The position numbers were made by a program, and so were the translations under genes. This document shows positions 30,493-40,634 of a DNA stretch of 64,000 nucleotides, in pieces. The DNA is taken from positions 62,001-126,000 of the IMG/VR virus record IMGVR_UViG_3300031251_000001, one strand, 5' to 3'. The number at the start of each line of letters is the position of its first letter. Position 1 is the stretch's first letter. Under the pieces are notes generated by a model that worked only from the letters and a program-made list of their open reading frames with translations, made no database searches and was not told the origin of the DNA.

Positions 30493-31600
30493 TTTCGACT
30501 CCTTCTATTCCGTCAGGGAACATGCTGGCTCGCACAGCCCCTTCCATACGGTCCCGCAACTGATCAGGACGAAGTGCCGGTTTGGGTTCACGGGCAGGCA
30601 TGCCTTCGACGGCGTGTAGTTCGTGTCCAAGCGCTACCGTAGCCAATTCACCCGACCGCAATTCATCACTGTCTCCATCGTAACGGTACGTGGATTCTGC
30701 CGCTATACCTAGCGGGTCCAGCGAAGGTGAAAACCACTGTTGGGCAGTATGTTCGACCACTTCGTGCATCGCGGTGATGATGCGGGAGTCACCGCTGCCA
30801 CCGCTGCCCTGAGCGTCGGCGTTTCGCTGCACTTCGAGGATGCGAGCGAAGACGTTGAACATTTCCGTGATGTTGTCGGCGTGGAGGATGACTTCCTCGG
30901 CCGCGATCGCCGCACGCCTGGTGATCGTGTTGATGGCGTGCTCAATGATGAATCTCTTGGCCTTCTCTTTGCCCACGGGAATATCTTCGATCGCCTTACT
31001 GCCGCCATTGAGCAGGTAGTCAGCGACAGCAGGGCCGCCACGGTAGGAGAGCAGGCGGATACCGGCGTTGATGAAGGGACGGGCCACACCGACATAGTGG
31101 CTGTGCTGACCATCCACGATGATCTCATGGGATCGCTGGTAGGACGGGATGATGATCTGATTCATGACCCAGTCGTGCTGCTTGAGGCGGTCGCGGACAG
31201 AGAACCAGCAGCGTTCGTACCATTCGACGGCTCGGGGCGAGGCTCCGCACTCCTCACCGATCTCCTCGAACGACTGGCCGGCCAGGAGGCGGGCCTGGAG
31301 GGCTACGGTGACCGTGCTGTTGAGAATGGACTCGTGCCATAAGGCGTGAGCGATCCAGAGGTCCGGATCGCTCTGGTAGAGACGTTCGCGGACGTTGCCG
31401 CGATCACGACCCTTGATCTTCCATTTACGAGTGAACTCAGTCAGGCCTCGCGTCCACGTATCGTCGGCTACGGAGGCTCGTGGCCTGCCTGACTTCTTCT
31501 CCTTCTTGAGGATCATGTTGACGCGACGCGACCGCCAATCCGGTTTGGCTAACGGATTGAGGAGCTGGATATCACTGTAGGTGCGTAGCTTCTTGGTCAT
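30479..31600 (-). CDS. Hypothetical protein
   Basis: 373 aa coupled ORF with a possible HTH (SFEEIGEECGASPRAVEWY). Confidence 0.7.
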   Translation of the reverse strand: MTKKLRTYSDIQLLNPLAKPDWRSRRVNMILKKEKKSGRPRASVADDTWTRGLTEFTRKWKIKGRDRGNVRERLYQSDPDLWIAHALWHESILNSTVTVALQARLLAGQSFEEIGEECGASPRAVEWYERCWFSVRDRLKQHDWVMNQIIIPSYQRSHEIIVDGQHSHYVGVARPFINAGIRLLSYRGGPAVADYLLNGGSKAIEDIPVGKEKAKRFIIEHAINTITRRAAIAAEEVILHADNITEMFNVFARILEVQRNADAQGSGGSGDSRIITAMHEVVEHTAQQWFSPSLDPLGIAAESTYRYDGDSDELRSGELATVALGHELHAVEGMPAREPKPALRPDQLRDRMEGAVRASMFPDGIEGVESEAN

Positions 31601-31602
31601 AG

Positions 31603-32025
31603 TTAGCTGGAGATGGCCACGGCAATGTCGGTCTTGAGATTGATCACATCCGCTCCGACAGGAGACGCCGAATTGAACGTCATACGAGCGTAGATGGTGT
31701 TGCTGAGCTGGGACGACATGTTGTTCCCCAGCGAGTAGATGTTGTCGTTGAGGCCGTACTGCGAATAGTGAACGCCATCGCTGATGTCGGCACTCATGAT
31801 GAAGTAGGCATCATCAGCCAGGGGGAAGACCACAGGGTCAACCGTGTTAGCTCCCTCCAGGAAATCGATCGAGATCGGAATAGCTACGTCCGTCTCCATG
31901 GCAATGCGCAGGATCGAGCCGGCACGGGGTACGGAGATAGGCACGTACACCGTGATTGGCGTATTATTCCCGCTGTGCCCTGGGAAGTTCAGGGTGCGGG
32001 TTCGGGTGTTGACTGATTGATACAC
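31603..32025 (-). CDS. Hypothetical beta-rich protein
   Basis: 140 aa ORF filling the gap. Confidence 0.6.
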   Translation of the reverse strand: MYQSVNTRTRTLNFPGHSGNNTPITVYVPISVPRAGSILRIAMETDVAIPISIDFLEGANTVDPVVFPLADDAYFIMSADISDGVHYSQYGLNDNIYSLGNNMSSQLSNTIYARMTFNSASPVGADVINLKTDIAVAISS

Positions 32026-32035
32026 GGCTTACCCT

Positions 32036-34483
32036 TTAGTTGGAAGTTGACTCAGTCAGCTCCGGGGAAGAGGCAGCGGACAGGTTGAACCCGTTGCTGC
32101 CGCCTACCGACTTCTCCTTGAGATAGAGAGTCGTGTCGCCCAGCGAGGTGAAGGTGTTGCGAACACCGTCTTCGAGCTGCGGCATATCGGAGCTGCCGTA
32201 CCGCTCGGAGAGGGCTTCGTAATTGTTGTAGATGTGGAACAGGGTGCGACCGAGGCCGTCGATGGCACTCATGTACCGGCCCAGGAAGCGATCGACCATC
32301 GTCTCGGTGTCGGTGGTGTTAGCCAGGGCCACGAGCACGCCGATGTCGAACAGATCCTTCTGACCCGATGCCGAGGCCTGCTGTGCCAAGTTCAACATCT
32401 TGCTGTCAGGAGAGAACCACTGGTCCTCGCTGTAGTATTGGCCTGGGTCAGGGTGCACCATGTCCTGGACGGGGACGGCTTCACGCTGACGGTAGGTAGC
32501 ATCGATCGTACGTGGGCCGACCTGCTCGGTGCCGGTCCAGGGATCGGGGATCTGTGGTGAGTAGTTGCTGTTGGCCCCGTCCGCCTGCTTGATCAGGCAA
32601 TTGACGTTCTGGGTCTCGCGAGCCTTGGCGGTCAGGTCGCGGGCTTCCTTCTCCCGCAGGCCGCCACGCAACATGAGGTCAATCACGACTTCACGGTCGC
32701 GGACGAAGCTGGCCGACTTGCTGTTGAGCTTGACCTCGAACTTCTCGCCGTCGTGGAAGAGAGAGCACTTGGCGTACTTCTTCTGGATCGAAGAGAGTAC
32801 GTGTTCGATGTTGCCGATGTCGGGAACCTTGCCATCCTTCCAGCGGTCATCCTCGGATCGCTGTTCCAGCTTCACCAAGGTAGCGCTTTCGGGGATGGAG
32901 ACCCAGCCACGACCGCTCATGATCTTACGGCCAGGCTGACCCAGGCTGAAGTCGATGTTGCAGTCGGACATCATGATCGGTTGCGGGCTGAAGGTCTTGG
33001 TGTCGTCGACACCCAGGCGGGCGGTCTGGTATTCACGCCAGTCAGCGGTGAACCGCTTATCGTTGGTCTTGGCGGTCACGATGAACGGCAAGGTGGAGTT
33101 CAGGTTGTCGTCGACCGCGATATAAATGCCGTTGATTGATACGTCAGTGGTACCGTTGCTCTTGAGCCATTTGCGGAGTCCAGCACGAGCACTGATATCG
33201 TCTTCCAGGATCGTGTCAATGTGGCTGTCCGGACGGGCGAGGACTTCGTTGGTCGGGAATCGGCCATACTGTTCCTTCTCCTTGGGGTTGATGACCAGCG
33301 TGCCGCTGGTGTTACGACCGGGGGAGGCCTTCACCGAGGTGAGGATTACCATGTCCTGGAACTCACCGTCGCGCATGGCCGTCTCGTAAACGCCGGCACT
33401 GTTGGGAGAGAGGACCTCGTTATTGATGTCTTCGGCGACCTTGTTCACTTCGGCGTCGACGCGGTTGTCGATCGCCACGAACCCATCGCGAGCAAACTTC
33501 CGCTTGCTCGACTCGTCCATATCGTAGACCGACTCCATCGTCCGCAGCACATTGACCTTGGCGCTGGGGTGAGCAGGTGTCTCATCGGAGAAGAGTGAGC
33601 CCAGACCAGCTGACTTCTTGTTGAACTTGAAGCGGGCCGGCCACTGGAGAATGGCAGCGTAGGGATTGAGCTGCGGGAAGAGCGACGGTTTGAGGTTATC
33701 CGACAGGATGTCGCCGGCGGTCTTCTTGTGGGCGACGGCCAGCTCGGTGATCATGTCCGGCCCGTACCAGGTATCCAGACCACGCTTGATGAGCGGGTAG
33801 GTATTGGCCAGGTGATTCAGCTTGATCAGGAAAGTTGGGTCGGCCGCAGCTTCCTTGCGTAGGTCAAACGGGCCGCTCCAATCAGCGGTCTTACGATGTG
33901 ACCGTTCAGGAGCCAGTTCGGCAGCGGCAAACAGAGGCAGGATGGGCTCTGTCCAGGCAGCGAACTTGTGGCCGAAGAACTGCGGCGTGAAGAGACGGCG
34001 GAAGCTGGGCTTGCGACCACCCAGATCCTGGTAGCTTCCCTGTGAGGGTTCGCCGATTTCGGTGGGCTGGCGGTTGATGAGGAAGGTGACCCAGTTCTCT
34101 TTACAGGGCAGGAAGTTGTCACGGTTCTTGACCCACAGGAGCTCGTGGCCCTTGAGATCTCCCTGGAGGAAGAAGACAGGGACGAAGAGCCAGAGGTCAT
34201 CGACCTTGAAGCCGAAGACGCCGACCGCCTTGGAGCGAGCAGGATCGTCGACCCGCTTGATGGTCTGGAAGCCGATGGCGTAGTCGATGAGCTGTGGTGC
34301 TCGACTCTTGATGTACTGGTGGGCCAGTGACGAGAACGACCGCTCGAAGTCATCCGTACCGGGGTTATCGTCGGCACGCTTGGGGCGAGCGATGATCTCT
34401 CGCAGATCGTCAGCACGGGCATTGGATACCCAGTATTGTCCGACGTCCGACTGCTTCGCCTGGAAGATCGATCGCATGCTCAT
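32036..34483 (-). CDS. Large putative virion protein
   Basis: 815 aa with an AGGAG RBS and about 9 K-x-A motifs. Confidence 0.7.
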   Translation of the reverse strand: MSMRSIFQAKQSDVGQYWVSNARADDLREIIARPKRADDNPGTDDFERSFSSLAHQYIKSRAPQLIDYAIGFQTIKRVDDPARSKAVGVFGFKVDDLWLFVPVFFLQGDLKGHELLWVKNRDNFLPCKENWVTFLINRQPTEIGEPSQGSYQDLGGRKPSFRRLFTPQFFGHKFAAWTEPILPLFAAAELAPERSHRKTADWSGPFDLRKEAAADPTFLIKLNHLANTYPLIKRGLDTWYGPDMITELAVAHKKTAGDILSDNLKPSLFPQLNPYAAILQWPARFKFNKKSAGLGSLFSDETPAHPSAKVNVLRTMESVYDMDESSKRKFARDGFVAIDNRVDAEVNKVAEDINNEVLSPNSAGVYETAMRDGEFQDMVILTSVKASPGRNTSGTLVINPKEKEQYGRFPTNEVLARPDSHIDTILEDDISARAGLRKWLKSNGTTDVSINGIYIAVDDNLNSTLPFIVTAKTNDKRFTADWREYQTARLGVDDTKTFSPQPIMMSDCNIDFSLGQPGRKIMSGRGWVSIPESATLVKLEQRSEDDRWKDGKVPDIGNIEHVLSSIQKKYAKCSLFHDGEKFEVKLNSKSASFVRDREVVIDLMLRGGLREKEARDLTAKARETQNVNCLIKQADGANSNYSPQIPDPWTGTEQVGPRTIDATYRQREAVPVQDMVHPDPGQYYSEDQWFSPDSKMLNLAQQASASGQKDLFDIGVLVALANTTDTETMVDRFLGRYMSAIDGLGRTLFHIYNNYEALSERYGSSDMPQLEDGVRNTFTSLGDTTLYLKEKSVGGSNGFNLSAASSPELTESTSN

Positions 34484-34492
34484 AGCTCCTGA

Positions 34493-34978
34493 CTATTTGA
34501 CTAGCCCAGCTGCTTGAAACAGCCTGTTGTATTGTTGGTCTTCCTGGTCCACCGCGGGGCCAGTCTGTTCACCCGTGCCGTAGTAGGAGGGGATGTTCTT
34601 CCCGTTCCAGGCTTGGGGGTTCTGATTTTTACCCAGGTAGCCGGCAGTACCCGCTGCACCGATGATGCCGGCGCCAGCCGCCCATGGCTTCCAGCTCTGG
34701 CCGCCTGTTGCGGGGGCAGGCGCTGGCGGTACTAAGCTACCGACCGTTGCTCCAGCGGGAGCTGGTTTGGCCATGGGCGGGGCGTGAGCAGCGAGAGGAG
34801 GAGCATGTGCCGCCATCGGCGGGGCGAGCTTGGCTACGGGAGCGTGAGCTCCCAGACCCAACGCGGGCTTCACCATCGGCAACTTAATGCGTGGCGGACC
34901 TGCGAGCTTCCTCAATCGACTTTGAATCAGACTGTCCATGAACATCCTTGTTCGGTGGTTAAGTCCACTATACACCAA
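34493..34978 (-). CDS. Ala/Pro-rich protein with one hydrophobic glycine-rich segment
   Basis: 161 aa with KLA, AAHAPP repeats and WAAGAGIIGAAGTAGYLG. Confidence 0.6.
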   Translation of the reverse strand: MVYSGLNHRTRMFMDSLIQSRLRKLAGPPRIKLPMVKPALGLGAHAPVAKLAPPMAAHAPPLAAHAPPMAKPAPAGATVGSLVPPAPAPATGGQSWKPWAAGAGIIGAAGTAGYLGKNQNPQAWNGKNIPSYYGTGEQTGPAVDQEDQQYNRLFQAAGLVK

Positions 34979-34993
34979 TGGCCGACGTTACGT

Positions 34994-37900
34994 CTAACTC
35001 TTGACGGCCTTCTTTTCGTCTTCGATCTTGGTGTTCAACTCTTGCTGTCGAGCCAACAGTTTCGGGTCGTTCGGGGTCGCGGCCAACTGTTTGTCCAGTT
35101 GAGCCCGTTCTGAGTGATAGCTCTTCATCTTAGCCAGGGCATGGAATTGACCCCATTCGAGGTTTTCCGGAGCCTGGTTGAGACGTTGTACGTACTCCTG
35201 GCTGTTAGGAGATTTCTCCACATCGGCGTCCCGCAGCAGGGCCTTGCTGAGGGTGGAAGCACTGAAGGAGGAAGGATTCGTCAGCTCCTGCTCGGTACTC
35301 TTGACGACCTTGTTGATGTCGATGAGCTGACCCTGCAGCTTGGCGTACTCGGCCTGGGGCAGTGGGTTCTGACCGGAGTCGGACATCTGCAGCTGGGAGC
35401 GGATGTCAGCTCGCTGCTGCAGCTTGTCCCCGACTTCCTTCTCCACGTCGGCGAAATCGTTAGGCCGGGCCTTGGTCGCCAGGTTGGTGCGGAACTCCGA
35501 CAACTCCATGTCAGCCTTGCCGCGATTGTTCCGCATCACCTGTTTCTGGGCTTCAGCGACGTCGGGGTTGTTCAGAGCCTCATCGGTCTTACGCTCAAAG
35601 TATTGCTTGGAGAAGTTAGTGCTGTCTTGCACGCCTTTGACGTACTGATCATGTTGACCGCTGATCTGGGCAGCAGCACGGGCTGAGGTGACCGGAGTCA
35701 TGGCGGCGCCAAGCATACCCTTGGCTCGTGTTAATCCGGAGTCAGGCGTACCCAGAGCAGGGCTGCTCTGTTCGAGCTGCTGGGCACGGTTATTGATGTC
35801 TTCTTGGCTGACGGTACCCAGCAGGTTCTTGCCAGCGTCCACGAGAGCAGGAGCAGCAATCATGCCGGCACCGAGCGGAGCTACACCGGAGATAGCACCC
35901 TCCAGGGTGTTCTCAACGACGTCTTTGGTCTCAAGCGGATTGCCGGCAGCCAAGTCGTAGATCATGCCTGCCGTCGAGCCGCCGACGCCGCCCATTGCTC
36001 CACCCCGGATCATGCTCTTGGGACCGAGGGTCTTACCCAGGGAACGACCTACCGCGACCTGGGTGCCGTTCTGGGCAATCTGGTTACCGATCCAATTGGT
36101 GGTAGAGTTGCCTTCCGGAGCCTGGGCAAAATCAGCCGGCGGTTGCTCCGCTGCCGACTCGTGCTCAGGGTACTGCTCAATTTGCTGTTGTGGTTGCTGA
36201 CGTGGAGGTCCCCATTGGTGCTGGACGCCATATTGTTCCAGACCGGGTTGCTGATATTGAGGTCGCATTTGCGGAGGCAGTTGCGGAGCAGGGAACGGAG
36301 ACTGGCCTTGCTGCGGTTGCTGGGCCTGGTGAGCCGCCATACCCGCCATCGGCGTGTATTGGTTGCTACTGTTGAAGCCGGGCTTCGGCATGTTGTTCTT
36401 GGGAGCACCAGCGCTGTAGGGATTGTGCTGTCCCTGCCCTGGCGGCTTTTCCCAGGGGACTTCGGGTGGCTTCACCGGATCCAGCGGGCTGATCTGGCTT
36501 CGGCTTGGATCGGGCTCGAAGTCGGCGGTCTTGTCGAACGCTTTATCGAAGGAGTCTTTGTAGCCCGGCGTGCAGTTCTTACACTCACTCGACGGGATGT
36601 CATAGACTGGCACCGCACCCATCGATCGAGGGCCGTGGCAGGGTTTACGACAGCCCTCGCAGTAATGGTACTGAGGGCGTGGCCCCTTGTACCAATGCTC
36701 TTTGCCGCCGTGTGTCACGAGATAGTGAGTATCTGTGTCACGAGAAGTATCAGGATCGTGTGTGTCACTGGCTACCTTGGGCAACGGTTTGCCTTCAGGT
36801 GGGAGCTCGACCGGCTTGCTCTTGTGTTGGAAGTAGCCTTCGCGGCCGAAGTCAGCAGCATGGGCCAGGCTCGGCACAAAACTGGTACCGGTTCGGTCGC
36901 TGACCGCACCCCGGTGAACCGAAGCCAGGAGACCCTTGCTCAGGTTCGAGCCGTACATGCGGGTGATCGGGTCGGGATCGTGCAGCAGGTTATCACTGGC
37001 TCGCACCATCTCGAAGTTGAACGGTGGTGGCTGGTCGTGGACGTGGACCTCATCGAGTTTGAGATCGTCCATCTCTTTGGCCATCTTGGGCGTCACCTTC
37101 ACACCGATCGTGTGGTGCAGGATCGGCGATTCCAGGTACTTCCCGATGGCCTTCTTGGGGTGGAGACGTTGCCCGCCCTCACGGGGTTCGTACGCCGCCT
37201 CGATCATGTGGTAAGGGACGACATCGTCCGGGATGTAGTCACCGACAAAGTCGTTGAGCCTGACGTGATTGATGAGGCCACGGCTGATGAGTTCCAGGTT
37301 ACGGCGATCGGCTCGCATGTTCTGGCTCTTGGCCAGATCCATCATCGTGTTGGTCCAGTAGCGACGGCCCTCACCGATGCCTTTGTGCATCGTGATCTTT
37401 TCGGGGTTGGGGATGCCGTTGGAGAGCGTATCGCCGGCCTCGACGGAATCACCAACCTTGACCGTGGCTGCTTGCTCCGGAGCTACGTAGTGGCGATTGG
37501 AGCCGACCCAGACGTAGCTACCGCCGGCAGGTGCCTTCTGGATACGTTGCACCGTGCCGTCAGCGACAGCGTGAGCAGCTCCGCCCTGGAAGGTGCTCGG
37601 GATCTGTGCCATCTGCTCGAACGACTTAAAGCCGGAGACAGCGACTTGACCGGCCACGCCGCCGGTGTGCTTAGAGTTGAGACCCATCTGGGTGACGGGC
37701 TCACTGACACCCTGGGAGGTGGTCATCCCTGGCATGTCGCCACGCTGCACCAGGTGCCCGTTTTCATCGAGACCTACGTCGTAGGCGTAGACGCCACCGT
37801 CAGGGCTGCTGCGGGCGATGGGGGAGCGGACAACCAGCTTCTTATGCCCGCCACGGTCGAGAGAGTCCAGGATCTTCTGCGTGATGACCGTATTGGCTTT

Positions 37901-38695
37901 GAACGGGCCGGTATCGCGGGCGAGGAGTGCCCCCACGCTTCCTTTATCGGATACGTCAACGGGAAGGCCCCGAAGGTACTGCTTGCGATCTTTAACGTGT
38001 TCGTCATCATCGGACACGTCGGTATCGACGACCACATTCCGGTGGGAGACTTGGTTAAGTAGTTTGTTGTAGTATCCAGCATTGGCCACCCCCAGCTTGA
38101 CGTCCACGACTCCCTTGCGGGCACCGAAGAGGCTGGCGTGATATTCAGGGTAAGACAACCCTTGTGAGTAGCTACGGTACACCGGCAGGAGCAGCGGGTT
38201 GTCCTGGTTATCGTTGTACTGCAGATCGCCGCCGACCAGGCTGTTGTAGTTGGCTTTGTTGCCGCGAGCTCCGGAGTGGATCTGCATCGCCAGAGGGTTC
38301 TTGGCGGCAATACCTTCATCGTAGACCTCGCTGTTCTGCTGTTGCTGAGCAGCCGAGGTGAGTTCGATAATCTTCTTCTTGCGTGTTTCGGGGGATAGGC
38401 CGGCGTGAAGTACCCGTTGGATCTGGGTATCGAGCTTGGCTTGGATACGCTGGGCCGTGGGGCTCTTGCGCATGTGCTCCAAGTCGAAGGAGTAACCTCC
38501 GGTGGACTGGGCGTGGAAGCGACCGATGTCCGAGAGTTTCTTGCTGACGTCGACGTACTGGTCGGGGTGCCGCTGAGCGACCTCCCGTAGTAACGTCTCA
38601 AGGCCCTTCTTGTCGAGCACCCGCGTGTAATCGCGGAGATCGGCAGGAAGGGCCATGTTAGCCTTGAGCTGGCCAGCGGTTGTTCTGATTGGCAT
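34994..38695 (-). CDS. Phage RNA polymerase beta'-like subunit, C-terminal part, with long non-RNAP extension
   Basis: 'SGARGN', 'GARKGVVD', bridge helix 'AGYYNKLL' and trigger loop 'SEPVTQMGLNSKHTGG'. The last ~590 aa are unrelated to RNAP. Confidence 0.85.
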   Translation of the reverse strand: MPIRTTAGQLKANMALPADLRDYTRVLDKKGLETLLREVAQRHPDQYVDVSKKLSDIGRFHAQSTGGYSFDLEHMRKSPTAQRIQAKLDTQIQRVLHAGLSPETRKKKIIELTSAAQQQQNSEVYDEGIAAKNPLAMQIHSGARGNKANYNSLVGGDLQYNDNQDNPLLLPVYRSYSQGLSYPEYHASLFGARKGVVDVKLGVANAGYYNKLLNQVSHRNVVVDTDVSDDDEHVKDRKQYLRGLPVDVSDKGSVGALLARDTGPFKANTVITQKILDSLDRGGHKKLVVRSPIARSSPDGGVYAYDVGLDENGHLVQRGDMPGMTTSQGVSEPVTQMGLNSKHTGGVAGQVAVSGFKSFEQMAQIPSTFQGGAAHAVADGTVQRIQKAPAGGSYVWVGSNRHYVAPEQAATVKVGDSVEAGDTLSNGIPNPEKITMHKGIGEGRRYWTNTMMDLAKSQNMRADRRNLELISRGLINHVRLNDFVGDYIPDDVVPYHMIEAAYEPREGGQRLHPKKAIGKYLESPILHHTIGVKVTPKMAKEMDDLKLDEVHVHDQPPPFNFEMVRASDNLLHDPDPITRMYGSNLSKGLLASVHRGAVSDRTGTSFVPSLAHAADFGREGYFQHKSKPVELPPEGKPLPKVASDTHDPDTSRDTDTHYLVTHGGKEHWYKGPRPQYHYCEGCRKPCHGPRSMGAVPVYDIPSSECKNCTPGYKDSFDKAFDKTADFEPDPSRSQISPLDPVKPPEVPWEKPPGQGQHNPYSAGAPKNNMPKPGFNSSNQYTPMAGMAAHQAQQPQQGQSPFPAPQLPPQMRPQYQQPGLEQYGVQHQWGPPRQQPQQQIEQYPEHESAAEQPPADFAQAPEGNSTTNWIGNQIAQNGTQVAVGRSLGKTLGPKSMIRGGAMGGVGGSTAGMIYDLAAGNPLETKDVVENTLEGAISGVAPLGAGMIAAPALVDAGKNLLGTVSQEDINNRAQQLEQSSPALGTPDSGLTRAKGMLGAAMTPVTSARAAAQISGQHDQYVKGVQDSTNFSKQYFERKTDEALNNPDVAEAQKQVMRNNRGKADMELSEFRTNLATKARPNDFADVEKEVGDKLQQRADIRSQLQMSDSGQNPLPQAEYAKLQGQLIDINKVVKSTEQELTNPSSFSASTLSKALLRDADVEKSPNSQEYVQRLNQAPENLEWGQFHALAKMKSYHSERAQLDKQLAATPNDPKLLARQQELNTKIEDEKKAVKS

Positions 38696-38715
38696 CCTTG
38701 CCTCAGTCCCTGCTG

Positions 38716-39576
38716 CTATTGGTTATCGAGGTCCTCGTGATTGAGATCCTCGTTCTTGGGCTCTTCATGAACCTCTTTCACTTTACCATGATCGTCCGTT
38801 TCGGACTTCTCTTCGGTATGAGTGTGCTCCGCTGTGGTGTGTTCGGTCGTGCCGCCGACAGGGACCGTAGCGGTTGCATGTTTTGCAACTTCTGATTCAA
38901 TTTTTGAAACAGTTGGTGCAACGTGAGGAGCGGGGGCAGGGGCAGGTTTGGTGGCAACCGGCTTGACCGGTTCAGGACCCTTGTGCGGAGCCGCTACAGG
39001 TGCCACGACTGGCTTGGGTGTCGTGTGCACTGCTGCTGGTGGCTGCTCGTGCTCGGTGATTGTTTCCGGGCAGTTGGGAGCATTCACGGGACGAACGATA
39101 GCCCAGCCTTCGGGGATCTCGGCTTCACTGACCAGGTAATCACACAGGGTGACCAGTGCTTCTTCCTGGCCCTGGGGTACACGAATGATCGTGCGGTTCT
39201 GATCGGCTGCCGCAGCAGTCACGATGGCGTGCTGCCAGGCGTCGACAGGGAGATGGATCAGAGTGATGTGGGGTGATGCGGTACCACCCTTGGAGTTGCG
39301 TGGCACCACTCGCGGGGGCTGGGCTGCAGGGAGCTTCTTGGCGTTGGCGTAATAAGCATCAGGAGCCGAAGTGAGGTCCTGGGGGTTACGGCCGCGAATC
39401 GGGGTTCCTTGTTGTCGTTCTGCGTTCATGCGAGCACCATCGAATATGTCGACGGCCATGGCGCCTGCTGAGGTGCCCTGACCGGTGCGACGGGGTTGAG
39501 GCTTCTTGGGACTTCCGTAGTAAGCGTGTTCAGGGGATTCAATACCGCCATTGAGATCGCGGTGTGGTAGGGACAT
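38716..39576 (-). CDS. Hypothetical protein
   Basis: 286 aa with a disordered Pro/Glu/His-rich C-terminus. Confidence 0.65.
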   Translation of the reverse strand: MSLPHRDLNGGIESPEHAYYGSPKKPQPRRTGQGTSAGAMAVDIFDGARMNAERQQGTPIRGRNPQDLTSAPDAYYANAKKLPAAQPPRVVPRNSKGGTASPHITLIHLPVDAWQHAIVTAAAADQNRTIIRVPQGQEEALVTLCDYLVSEAEIPEGWAIVRPVNAPNCPETITEHEQPPAAVHTTPKPVVAPVAAPHKGPEPVKPVATKPAPAPAPHVAPTVSKIESEVAKHATATVPVGGTTEHTTAEHTHTEEKSETDDHGKVKEVHEEPKNEDLNHEDLDNQ

Positions 39577-39578
39577 GA

Positions 39579-39803
39579 CTAACCTCCCAGTCGGATGAGT
39601 TGGGCTGGCTTTTCCCCGAGCCGACTGAGTACCGCAGGGAAATCGGGTTCACCGTGTTTACTGACAACGATCTGGCGACCTACGCTGTAGCAGACCACCA
39701 GGGCGTTGCCGTCAATGTCACGGATGACCACCTGCTCGATAGGAATCACGTCGCGTTTAGCTCCGCGACCAATGCCTCCGGCAGTGACGATATCCGCAAA
39801 CAT
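39579..39803 (-). CDS. Small hypothetical protein
   Basis: 74 aa, tightly packed, GGAG RBS. Confidence 0.6.
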   Translation of the reverse strand: MFADIVTAGGIGRGAKRDVIPIEQVVIRDIDGNALVVCYSVGRQIVVSKHGEPDFPAVLSRLGEKPAQLIRLGG

Positions 39804-39804
39804 A

Positions 39805-40632
39805 CTAGCTCCGCTTCAGGCTGTTGAGTCTGGACAGGATGGATTGGTTCATAGGTCGCACCGATGGTAACGGACGCATAGCCGGCATGGCAACCCCATC
39901 TCCGGCATCGGAAGCCTGCTTACCCTGGAGAGGGTCGATCGGCTGGATGGGGTCGGTAGGCATGCCAGGGATACCCTGGGAAGGATCCTGACCGCCGCCT
40001 GCAGCTCCACCAGCACCGCCACCAGACATAGCTCCGCCTGGTTGTTGCTGCTGAGCCATCATCTCGTCCGGCGTGGCAACCATGTGGCTGGCGGGCATAG
40101 GAATGCCCTTAGCGTCGATCATGGCAGCGGCCAGCTTCTGGATAAGCACCAGACCGTTGTTGATGTCGACCTTGCTCTTGCCGCCCTCGCCCTGTTGGAC
40201 CAGGGTGGGCATGGAGTTCTGCACCTGGGTCAAGGCTGCCTGGATCACACCAGGATCAACCAACTCATTACCCGACTGCTTGCCCTGCTCGTCTTCAAGG
40301 ACAGCGCTCATCATGCGGATGCACTGGATGATAACCGAGCCTGGGTCGATCTTCACCTTGGGAGCCTGGGGCGGCATCATGCCGGGCATACCGGGTTGAC
40401 CCATGCCGGGTTGACCACCGGGGGCCATCATGCCGGGTTGCGGTTGGGGGATGTCCATAGGCTGATCAGGAGCAACGCCAGGAACGGGGGAACCGCCTCC
40501 CGATGGATCGGCAGGCGGTGCGCTGGCTCCTGGATCGTTACCACTGACTCCCGCCGGCATCATCCCGTCTGCTGTCTTGTAGAGACCGTAGTCAGCACGA
40601 CGACGGAGGCGAGCGAAAATGGAATCAGTCAT
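39805..40632 (-). CDS. Pro/Gly/Met/Gln-rich putative virion protein
   Basis: 275 aa with KTA near the N-terminus, KQA near the C-terminus, and two similar 'K(V/I)D...(I/V).(C/I)...(S/A)A' helices. Confidence 0.65.
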   Translation of the reverse strand: MTDSIFARLRRRADYGLYKTADGMMPAGVSGNDPGASAPPADPSGGGSPVPGVAPDQPMDIPQPQPGMMAPGGQPGMGQPGMPGMMPPQAPKVKIDPGSVIIQCIRMMSAVLEDEQGKQSGNELVDPGVIQAALTQVQNSMPTLVQQGEGGKSKVDINNGLVLIQKLAAAMIDAKGIPMPASHMVATPDEMMAQQQQPGGAMSGGGAGGAAGGGQDPSQGIPGMPTDPIQPIDPLQGKQASDAGDGVAMPAMRPLPSVRPMNQSILSRLNSLKRS

Positions 40633-40634
40633 GA

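Noticed and set aside
32036-34483. Portal protein call
   Set aside because: The size is plausible but there is no recognisable portal motif. Neither portal nor terminase could be identified in the window.
35804-38062. 752-aa plus-strand ORF and many other long antisense ORFs
   Set aside because: They are shadows of GC3-biased minus-strand genes, with no motifs or RBS.
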